DNA of 32,222 nucleotides from Elusimicrobiales bacterium (lineage in GTDB: Bacteria; Elusimicrobiota; Elusimicrobia; Elusimicrobiales; UBA9959), in contig JBMFKQ010000017.1 in assembly GCA_049972095.1 (NCBI GenBank), forward strand, positions 1 to 32,222. The letters are read 5' to 3'. A program made the position numbers and the translations under genes. The notes beneath the pieces are model-generated. The model had not been told where the DNA came from and searched no databases. It saw only the letters and a program-made list of their open reading frames with translations. Below, piece by piece: positions 19,020-27,022 of the stretch (its first letter is position 1; each line of letters opens with the position of its first letter).

Positions 19020-20119
19020 AAAAACTTAAATCGCTTATCAAAATAAATTCTGTAGCAGTCAACACATCAACCTCAGGTTTTTATGATTTTATTGTCAGCC
19101 ATAGAGATCCTGATTTGTTTTTTGAAAATCCTGATGAGATATTCTTTCCAAATGAGCTTCTTAGAGAAAAGGTAAAAAAATATGTCAATGATGCTATGAA
19201 TTTTAACGCAGATAAGGAGCTTGAGGAATGTGATAGATTATGTATAAGAATAATAACATGTCTTGATGATGACTATCCTGAGGAGTTTAAGAATATATCA
19301 AATCCACCACTTCTTGTTTACTGTCTTGGAAAACTTGGAAAAAGATTGTCGGTTTCCATTGTTGGTACAAGGCATCCAACAGATTATGGGATTAGACATG
19401 CTTCAAGGATCTCATCTGACCTTGCCAAGGCAGGAATATGTGTAGTCAGTGGTCTTGCAAGGGGTATAGATACAGTTGTTCATAAGTCTGTGCTTAAGGT
19501 GAAAGGTATTACTTGGGCTGTTATAGGCTCTGGTCTTAAAAAGATATATCCAGCTGAAAATAGAGCTCTTGTTGATAAAATTGTTGAAAATGGTGGATGT
19601 GTTATAAGTGAGTATCCTTTAAATACATCACCTTTTAAGTTTAACTTTCCAAGAAGGAACAGACTTATATCTGCACTTTCTTTTGGAACTCTTGTTATAG
19701 AAGGGGATTACAGCTCCGGTGCGCTTATAACTGCGCGTTATGCTGTTGAGCAAGGAAAAGAGGTTATGGCTCTTCCAGGGTGTGTTGATTCAAGGCAATC
19801 AAATGGGCCTAACAAACTTATTAAAGAAGGAGCATATCCTATAAGAAATGCTCTTGATGTTATAGATTTAATACCACCATCCCAGCTTTTTGAGATTGAT
19901 ATAAACAGATTAAAAGAAGAAAAAGCTCAAAAAACTATTAATATGAGTGATGGAGCAGCAAGAATTTACACACTTCTTAAGGAAAAAGGGGAAATGAGTA
20001 TGGATGAGATATCTGAGTTTTGTTCGATGAATGTCAATGAGATTTTTGGTTATCTTTTTGAGCTTGAGACAGCTGGTGCAGTTGAGGCAAGGGGTGGTAA
20101 ATACAGAACATCAATCTGA
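19010..20119 (+). CDS. dprA: DNA-processing protein DprA
   Basis: IVGTR, VVSGLARGID, FPRRNRLIS, SGALITA and GPNKLIKEGA motifs; C-terminal winged helix. Confidence 0.96.
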   Translation: MEIEKLKSLIKINSVAVNTSTSGFYDFIVSHRDPDLFFENPDEIFFPNELLREKVKKYVNDAMNFNADKELEECDRLCIRIITCLDDDYPEEFKNISNPPLLVYCLGKLGKRLSVSIVGTRHPTDYGIRHASRISSDLAKAGICVVSGLARGIDTVVHKSVLKVKGITWAVIGSGLKKIYPAENRALVDKIVENGGCVISEYPLNTSPFKFNFPRRNRLISALSFGTLVIEGDYSSGALITARYAVEQGKEVMALPGCVDSRQSNGPNKLIKEGAYPIRNALDVIDLIPPSQLFEIDINRLKEEKAQKTINMSDGAARIYTLLKEKGEMSMDEISEFCSMNVNEIFGYLFELETAGAVEARGGKYRTSI

Positions 20120-20186
20120 GCTTTTAAATAAATGTTTTTTTCATCTTATTAAACCAACCAGAGACTTTCTCTGATTAAGAAACTAC

Positions 20187-20249
20187 TTTCAGTGATATTA
20201 TATTGATTTGATTTATGATTTTGTTTCAAAGGAATAAATTTATTAAAAT
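20187..20249 (+). promoter_or_regulatory. Sigma70-type promoter of topA with upstream conserved motif
   Basis: TTGTTT (20221-20226), 17 bp spacer, TAAAAT (20244-20249), ATG 9 nt later. The motif at 20187-20213 matches the one upstream of pgm. Confidence 0.6.
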
Positions 20250-20258
20250 AACCTTGTT

Positions 20259-22340
20259 ATGAAGGATCTTGTTATTGTTGAATCACCAACCAAGCAAAAG
20301 ACCATATCAAAGTTTCTTGGAAATAATTTTGTTGTCAAAAGCTCATACGGTCATATAAGGGATCTTCCTGAAGATGATTTTGGTGTGGATATAGAGAATG
20401 GTTTTAAACCTCATTATATACTTATAGATAGGGCGAAGAAGGTAATAGCTGAGCTTATGAAATTTGCATCATCAAGCCGGAATATCTATCTTGCCACTGA
20501 TCCTGATAGGGAGGGTGAGGCTATAAGTTGGCATATAACTGAGGCTCTTAAAAATATAGATAGGAAGAAGTTTAGGAGAATCACATTTCATGAAATAACA
20601 AAAGAAGCAATAATAGAGGCTTTGAAAAATCCAAGAGATATAGACATAAATCTTGTTAATGCCCAGCAGGCAAGAAGGATACTTGATAGAATAGTTGGTT
20701 ATAAGATATCTCCCCTTTTGTGGAAGAAAATAAAGGGTGGTCTTTCAGCAGGGAGGGTTCAGTCTGTAGCTGTAAGGCTTGTTTACGAGAGGGATAAGGA
20801 GATATCTACTTTTGAGGTCAGAGATTACTTTACAATAAATGGTTTATTTGCTTATTCTGATTCTAAAATACAAGCAAGGATGATTAAATGGAATGGACAG
20901 AATGTTGAAAGATACACAGTTTTAAAACTTTTTGCAGAGGATTATAAGTATAGAAGCTCAATTTTTGAAAAAAAAGAGGATGCGTTTTTAGCGATAAATC
21001 TGATAAGGGATAAAAAATTTAATGTTATAAAGAAAGAATCAAAGACAGTTGTTTCAAAGCCTAAGCCTCCTTTTATAACAAGCACTCTTCAGCAAGAGGC
21101 ATATACGCGCCTTGGTTTTACATCTGACAGAACCATGAAGATAGCTCAAAAGCTCTATGAAGGTGTTTCTATAAAGGGTGAGATGAGGGGATTGATAACA
21201 TATATGAGAACAGATTCTTTTAATGTTAGCAAAAATATACAACTTCAGGCTCAAAAATTTATAAAAGAAAATTATGGTGATGACTATTGCCCTCAAACTC
21301 CACCTGTATATATAAAAAAGGTTAAAGGAGCACAAGAGGCTCATGAGGCAATACATCCAACAGATGTGTTTCTTACGCCAGAAAGCGTAAAAGGGTATCT
21401 TTCTGATGATGAGTTTAAGCTTTATGATCTTATATGGAAAAAATTTATGGCAAGTCAGATGGAGAATGCAGTTTTTGAGCAATTAACTATTGAGATCTCT
21501 GATGAGGATAATAGATCAGTTTTCAAAGCAGGTGGAAGAAGTCTTAAATTTGATGGCTATCTTAAAGTTTATGGTGATGATGAAGAAGACAAGGATAATG
21601 AGGAAAATGCAGTTCTTCCCCCTATTTCGCAAGGTGATATGCTTTTGCCTGTTGATTTTGATGTTAAATCTCATACCACAACCCCACCACCATCATATAA
21701 TGAGGCAAGTCTTATAAAAACCCTTGAGATTCATGGAATAGGAAGGCCTTCAACATACGCAACGATAATATCAAACATAATTCACAGAGGTTATATAAAA
21801 AGGGATAAGAGTAAGAAGCTTATAATAACAGAACTTGGTAGGAAAGTGACTGAAAAACTCATAGAATTTTTTCCTGATATAATGAGCCTTAACTACACTG
21901 CAGATATTGAGGATAAGCTTGATGACATAGCTAGTGGTAGTCTTTTATGGACAGAGCTGCTTTTATCCTTCTACAACAAGTTTAAGATAGAGCTTGATAA
22001 GGCAAATAAGGAGATGTCAAAAGAAGGGGCTCAGATATACTATGCAGAGAAATGTCCTGTTTGTGGGGCTGATATGATACTCAGAGAAAGCCGATTTGGA
22101 AAGTTTCTCACATGCTCTAAATTTCCAAGATGTAAGGGTAAGATAGGTCTCTCTGATAATATGGAAAAAAAGTTTATCGGTGTTAAAACCACTGAAAGGT
22201 GTAGTGTTTGTAAAACTGGATATATGGTTTTAAGAAAAGGTTCTAAGGGATATTTTCTTGGATGTTCTAACTTTCCAAAATGTAAGAATGTTAAGAAGAT
22301 AAGTGATGAGGAGGTTTCAAGGATACTTTCTAACAAATAG
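20259..22340 (+). CDS. topA: DNA topoisomerase I (type IA)
   Basis: LVIVESPTK, ATDPDREGEAI, SAGRVQS, catalytic ITYMRTDS, QEAHEAI and GIGRPSTY; two C-terminal C4 Zn ribbons. Confidence 0.98.
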   Translation: MKDLVIVESPTKQKTISKFLGNNFVVKSSYGHIRDLPEDDFGVDIENGFKPHYILIDRAKKVIAELMKFASSSRNIYLATDPDREGEAISWHITEALKNIDRKKFRRITFHEITKEAIIEALKNPRDIDINLVNAQQARRILDRIVGYKISPLLWKKIKGGLSAGRVQSVAVRLVYERDKEISTFEVRDYFTINGLFAYSDSKIQARMIKWNGQNVERYTVLKLFAEDYKYRSSIFEKKEDAFLAINLIRDKKFNVIKKESKTVVSKPKPPFITSTLQQEAYTRLGFTSDRTMKIAQKLYEGVSIKGEMRGLITYMRTDSFNVSKNIQLQAQKFIKENYGDDYCPQTPPVYIKKVKGAQEAHEAIHPTDVFLTPESVKGYLSDDEFKLYDLIWKKFMASQMENAVFEQLTIEISDEDNRSVFKAGGRSLKFDGYLKVYGDDEEDKDNEENAVLPPISQGDMLLPVDFDVKSHTTTPPPSYNEASLIKTLEIHGIGRPSTYATIISNIIHRGYIKRDKSKKLIITELGRKVTEKLIEFFPDIMSLNYTADIEDKLDDIASGSLLWTELLLSFYNKFKIELDKANKEMSKEGAQIYYAEKCPVCGADMILRESRFGKFLTCSKFPRCKGKIGLSDNMEKKFIGVKTTERCSVCKTGYMVLRKGSKGYFLGCSNFPKCKNVKKISDEEVSRILSNK

Positions 22341-22352
22341 CATAGAACAGTA

Positions 22353-23267
22353 ATGAGAAACCTATTAGACAAATTTATCCTCCACATAAAAACAAGACTT
22401 GGTTTTTCAAAAAACACTGAGCGTGCTTATAGAAGGGATATAGGTGATTTTATTTCCTTTCTTGAAGCTCTGAAAATAGCAAGCCCGTTAGATATAGATA
22501 ACATTATTCTAAGAAGATATCTATCAGAGCTTAGTAGTAAAGGTCTTTCAAGAAACTCTCTTATAAGAAAGGTTTCATCTGTAAGAAGTTTCATGTCATT
22601 TCTTACACTTGAAGGTCTTATAAAATCAAATCCCTTTGATGTGCTTCTTCTACCTAAAAAGGAAAAAAAACTTCCTTCATTTTTAACATATGAGGAGCTG
22701 GATAAACTTTTGAAATACAACTCACCTGATTATGTTCTTTCAAGAGAGCCCAATTACCCTTTTGCTTTTAGGGATTATGCACTTGTTATGCTTCTTTATT
22801 CCTCAGGCTTAAGGAGAAGCGAGGTTGTGGGACTTAATGTCGGTGATGTGGATCTGATAGGGGGATATGTGAGGGTTTATGGAAAGGGAAGGAAGGAAAG
22901 GATAGTTCCTGTTGGAAATAATGCATTAAAGGCGATTGAGAACTATCTTAATACACTTCCTATTGATAAGAAAACATACTCTTCGCCCCTTTTTACAAAT
23001 AAATATGGTGGTAGGTTAAGTGATACATCTGTTTTTCTGATAATAAAAAAAATGGCTTTAAGAGCAAGATTTACAAGGCATCTCAAACCTCATATCCTGC
23101 GTCATACCTTTGCTACACATCTGATAAACAATGGATGTGATATAAGGGCTGTAAGTGAGATGCTTGGACATTCATCATTATCAACAACTCAGGTTTATAC
23201 TCATCTAACCATTGAAAGGCTTAAAGAGGTTCACAGAAAGTTTCACCCAAGAAATTCAATGAAGTGA
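22353..23267 (+). CDS. xerC: Tyrosine recombinase XerC-like
   Basis: SAM-like N-terminus; complete catalytic set GLRRSE, GKGRKER, HILRHTFATH, LGH and TQVY; dprA-topA-xerC synteny. Confidence 0.88.
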   Translation: MRNLLDKFILHIKTRLGFSKNTERAYRRDIGDFISFLEALKIASPLDIDNIILRRYLSELSSKGLSRNSLIRKVSSVRSFMSFLTLEGLIKSNPFDVLLLPKKEKKLPSFLTYEELDKLLKYNSPDYVLSREPNYPFAFRDYALVMLLYSSGLRRSEVVGLNVGDVDLIGGYVRVYGKGRKERIVPVGNNALKAIENYLNTLPIDKKTYSSPLFTNKYGGRLSDTSVFLIIKKMALRARFTRHLKPHILRHTFATHLINNGCDIRAVSEMLGHSSLSTTQVYTHLTIERLKEVHRKFHPRNSMK

Positions 23268-23268
23268 T

Positions 23269-24606
23269 ATGAAATTTATAATTCTAATTTCATCCTTTCT
23301 TTTATCATCTGATGATTGCAGCTATTTTGACTCTAAGTTTAAGCAGGAGTTTGCTTATTCTTTTTCTGTTTATGATCTTAAAGAATCAAAAATAGTTAAA
23401 AGCTGTAAGAAGGATATGCTGCTTATACCTGCAAGCAGTCTTAAGGTTGTAACATCACTTTATGCTTTTGAAAATCTTGGTAGTGATTACAGATTTAAGA
23501 CCGAGATAGCTTTAAGTAAAAATACTAAAAATCATAGGCTTGTTATAAAAGGTTGTGGAGATTTTACACTTGGAAGTGAAAATTTTTCATCCTCCATAGA
23601 TAGTGTTACTCTTAGGATTTATGAGGTTATCAAAGAAAGAAATATAAAGAAACTTGAAGGTGTTTATGTTGTTAACGGTTATATCAGCTTTCCTGATGGG
23701 AGTGTTGAGTGGCAGGATCTTGGAAACTATTATGCAACCACAGTTAGCCTTTTTAGCATAAATGATAATTCATATAAGATTCACTTTAGAACCTTTGATG
23801 CAGAAAAGCCTGCTGTGATAACTAAAATAGTCCCTCACCCCGGACTTCATTTTATCAACATGGTTGTTGCTGGCTCTTCTTTTAGTGGGGATAATGCATA
23901 TATTAAGGCAAACCCTTATTCACCAAATGCCGTGATAATAGGGAATCTTCCTGCTATGAAGGATGATTTTGTGATAAAAGGTGCGGTTTTCCATCCAGAT
24001 AGTTTTTTTGCTGATTTTATATGTAAATACTTTAAGGAGGTTGGTGTGGAGGTAGGTGGCTGTTATTCAGTGGATAGATATGATGATGATTATGAGGTAG
24101 TTGATACAATCTACTCACCACCTCTTTCAAAGATAGTTTCATTTATGAATGAGAAAAGTTTTAATCTTTATGCTGAATCGCTTCTGCACTTTGCAATGAT
24201 CAAAAGTGGTGTTATAGGTTATGAAAGAAATATTGAAGAATTGTCTTCTTTTCTTAAAAAAATAGGGGTTGAAAAATTTTATATAAGAGATGGCAGTGGT
24301 CTTTCAAGAAGAAACCTTTTTACCGCAGATGGTTTTGTTAAGATTCTTGATTATGCTTATCACTCTAACTATTTTGAGAGCTTTTATCTTTCTCTTCCAT
24401 CATCAGAAAGGTTTAAGATTAATGGTGCTGATGAGCTAAGATTTAAAAGTGGTTCAATGAATAGAATAAGGAGTTGGTGTGGTTATATAAGAAGAGATCA
24501 GAAAATCTATGCTTTTTCATTCATATTTAACAATTATCTTTCACAACCATCTGAGATTGAATCAGCAGTTGTAGAATATCTTGAAGAAATTATTCAAGGT
24601 GTTTAG
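23269..24606 (+). CDS. dacB: D-alanyl-D-alanine carboxypeptidase/endopeptidase (peptidase S13, PBP4)
   Basis: PASSLK (SxxK), SFNLYAE (SxN), DGSGLSRRN and KSG (KTG variant). Confidence 0.9.
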   Translation: MKFIILISSFLLSSDDCSYFDSKFKQEFAYSFSVYDLKESKIVKSCKKDMLLIPASSLKVVTSLYAFENLGSDYRFKTEIALSKNTKNHRLVIKGCGDFTLGSENFSSSIDSVTLRIYEVIKERNIKKLEGVYVVNGYISFPDGSVEWQDLGNYYATTVSLFSINDNSYKIHFRTFDAEKPAVITKIVPHPGLHFINMVVAGSSFSGDNAYIKANPYSPNAVIIGNLPAMKDDFVIKGAVFHPDSFFADFICKYFKEVGVEVGGCYSVDRYDDDYEVVDTIYSPPLSKIVSFMNEKSFNLYAESLLHFAMIKSGVIGYERNIEELSSFLKKIGVEKFYIRDGSGLSRRNLFTADGFVKILDYAYHSNYFESFYLSLPSSERFKINGADELRFKSGSMNRIRSWCGYIRRDQKIYAFSFIFNNYLSQPSEIESAVVEYLEEIIQGV

Positions 24607-24654
24607 GTTAAGTAGCTCAAGTTTTGTAAAATATGATTTTGAAGGAGTTGATTT

Positions 24655-25848
24655 ATGGCAATAAAGTATCTCACACATATGGTTAAAATTGAGGGTAAAG
24701 GTGATCTTTTGATAAGACCCGCAAGGCTTATGGACGCAAGAAGGATTCAGGTGCTATATACCGAGGTTTACGGCTCATCCTATTCAATATCAATAATAAC
24801 AAATCCGGATAAGATGAAAAAAGCAATAGAGAGCGATGAATACTACTGGCTTGTTGCTGACTACAACGGGAAAATTGTTGGTAGCCTTGTTTATTCTCTT
24901 GATTATAAGCAGAGAATTTCAAAGGCATTTGGTGCAGTGGTAAGTGATGAGTTTAGAAAACATAATATAGCATACACAATGATGAAGCTCATACTTGATG
25001 ATATAACCCAGAAGCAGAGGCTTGTTGATGTTGTTTATGCAACCACACGAACAACCTCTCAGGCACCACAAAGGCTTACAGAAAGTCTTGGTTTTCTCAA
25101 ACTTGGAATATTTCCAAACACACATAAAGTTGCGGAGAATGAAACTCACTGCTTTACTGCATATCTTACTGAAGATGCCTTGAAAAAAAGAAAGAAGTTT
25201 CCTGAGATAGTGCCAGAGATCGCTCCGTTTTATGACATAGTCCTTAAACAGATAAAGCTTGAGTCTGCAAAGATATCTAATATTAAAGGCAAATACTCTG
25301 GTCACAAAATAAAGATACCGATCATTGACTTTGAGGTTATAACAGCATCTCAATTTATAAAAAGAAGATATTCAAGAGTAAAAAACAAAGGGATTTTCCT
25401 GCATACATTTATGCCATTTCATGAACCAAATATTCTTCTTGTTAGTTCTAATGGAAAGACAGAGGTTTATATGACATACAATCCAAAGGATAGATATAGT
25501 GTTTTTGTTGGTGGTTTTTCAGATCTTGAGCCAGAGATACTCCTTGAAAGTGTTGCAAAGAAGATGCAGGAGCTTGATATGACTTATCTTGAAATCCTCT
25601 TTGACGCTTATACACCAAGACTCCAAAGAGCCGCCATTGATGCAAGATTCATCCCATCAGGATATTTCCCAGCTGCAAAGATATCTAACAATTTAAGATA
25701 TGATTGCGTGATATTTTCAAGAACCTTTGATATACTTGATTTCAGAAATGTTAAGCTTTCAGGGCTTTATAAAAATTTTCTTAAAGAGTATTTGAAGCTC
25801 TGGAGAGAAAATTATATAGAGGTGGTTTTTGAAAGTGAAAGAGCTTGA
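24655..25848 (+). CDS. GNAT-family N-acyltransferase-like protein, probably two tandem GNAT-like domains
   Basis: IRPARLMD..I..LY.EVYG, WLVADYNGKIVG, AVVSDEFRKHNIA (motif A) and SLGF..LG; second degenerate domain ending FIPSGYFP; AAGGAG SD. Confidence 0.75.
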   Translation: MAIKYLTHMVKIEGKGDLLIRPARLMDARRIQVLYTEVYGSSYSISIITNPDKMKKAIESDEYYWLVADYNGKIVGSLVYSLDYKQRISKAFGAVVSDEFRKHNIAYTMMKLILDDITQKQRLVDVVYATTRTTSQAPQRLTESLGFLKLGIFPNTHKVAENETHCFTAYLTEDALKKRKKFPEIVPEIAPFYDIVLKQIKLESAKISNIKGKYSGHKIKIPIIDFEVITASQFIKRRYSRVKNKGIFLHTFMPFHEPNILLVSSNGKTEVYMTYNPKDRYSVFVGGFSDLEPEILLESVAKKMQELDMTYLEILFDAYTPRLQRAAIDARFIPSGYFPAAKISNNLRYDCVIFSRTFDILDFRNVKLSGLYKNFLKEYLKLWRENYIEVVFESERA

Positions 25849-27010
25849 TATTGAAAAAAAACTTCCTCATCCTTCTCATAAACTTAAGGAGAAAACAGTT
25901 CTTGAAAGGCTTGTTGAAAAAAGCCCTTTTGATTACTCTTTGTCTACATTGAATACTCTTGTTGAGGCAATGAGATACACTGCATCTTTTCAGTATGAAA
26001 GATCAGCTTTTATAAAAAGATACTATGATTCTGTTAATTTTAAACCGTCATCAGTAAAAAGGATATCGGATCTTAAAGATATACCTTATGTTTATGTTAA
26101 CGCCTTTAAGGAAAGAAATCTTACAACCTTAAAAAAGAATAAGATAGTGCTTGAGCTAAAATCAAGCGGAACAACCGGGCAGAGCTCAAAAATACAGCTT
26201 GATATTGGTTCGCTGCTTAGAGTAAGAAGAATGGCATGGAATGTGTTTGAGGCTCTTGGGTTATGTGATATGTCAAGGAGATATGATTATATATGTTTTA
26301 CCTATGATCCTGAGTTTGCAGGTGATGTTGGAACAGCCTGGACTGATAAGCTTATTACATCATTTACCCAAAAAGGCGAGATATTTTATTGCTTTAAATG
26401 GAGTAGCGAAAAGAAGGATTTTTATTTTGATATTGATGGTGCTATTATGAAGCTCAGGGAATATGAAGAAAAAAAGACTTGTGTTAGAATGCTTGGTTTT
26501 CCTGCTTTTGTTCTTAAACTAACGGAAAGATATAAAGAGAGATTTTCAAGATATCCAATTCTTAATCCAGATTCGTATGTTATAACTGGCGGTGGATGGA
26601 AAACCCTTGAGAATGAGGCAATGGACAAGAAGATATTCAGACAGATTCTTGCAGATAATCTTTCTATTCCGGTTGAAAACATAAGGGATTTGTTTGGTAT
26701 GGTTGAACATGGGGTTGCTTATGTTGACTGCAAACTTGGAAATTTTCACATACCTGTTTATGGAAGAGTTTTTGCAAGAGATCCTTATACGATGAAGATT
26801 CTTCCTTATTCAAAGAAAGGTCTTTTAGAATTTATGACACCATATCTTACCTCCTATCCATCATTTGTTCTTCTTTCCGGTGACTGGGGAAGTATAGAGG
26901 AAGGCTGTGATTGTGGTCTCAAAGGACCTGTTCTAAGAATATATGGCAGAGCAGGGATAAGAAAACACAAAGGATGTGCTATAGCAGCCTCTGATAAATT
27001 CAAAGCATAA
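25829..27010 (+). CDS. LuxE-like acyl-protein synthetase
   Basis: DIPYVYVNAFK, SSGTTGQSS P-loop, TGGGWK, IRDLFGMVEH, FHIPVY and C-terminal GRAG..KHKGC (Cys383). Start may be the GTG at 25835. Confidence 0.88.
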   Translation: MKVKELDIEKKLPHPSHKLKEKTVLERLVEKSPFDYSLSTLNTLVEAMRYTASFQYERSAFIKRYYDSVNFKPSSVKRISDLKDIPYVYVNAFKERNLTTLKKNKIVLELKSSGTTGQSSKIQLDIGSLLRVRRMAWNVFEALGLCDMSRRYDYICFTYDPEFAGDVGTAWTDKLITSFTQKGEIFYCFKWSSEKKDFYFDIDGAIMKLREYEEKKTCVRMLGFPAFVLKLTERYKERFSRYPILNPDSYVITGGGWKTLENEAMDKKIFRQILADNLSIPVENIRDLFGMVEHGVAYVDCKLGNFHIPVYGRVFARDPYTMKILPYSKKGLLEFMTPYLTSYPSFVLLSGDWGSIEEGCDCGLKGPVLRIYGRAGIRKHKGCAIAASDKFKA

Positions 27011-27022
27011 ATTGGAGGGTGA

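Noticed and set aside
22353..23267. Phage or island integrase marking a mobile element
   Set aside because: Length, motifs, core-like codon usage and dprA-topA-xerC context fit a housekeeping XerC; no att repeats or mobile cargo are adjacent.
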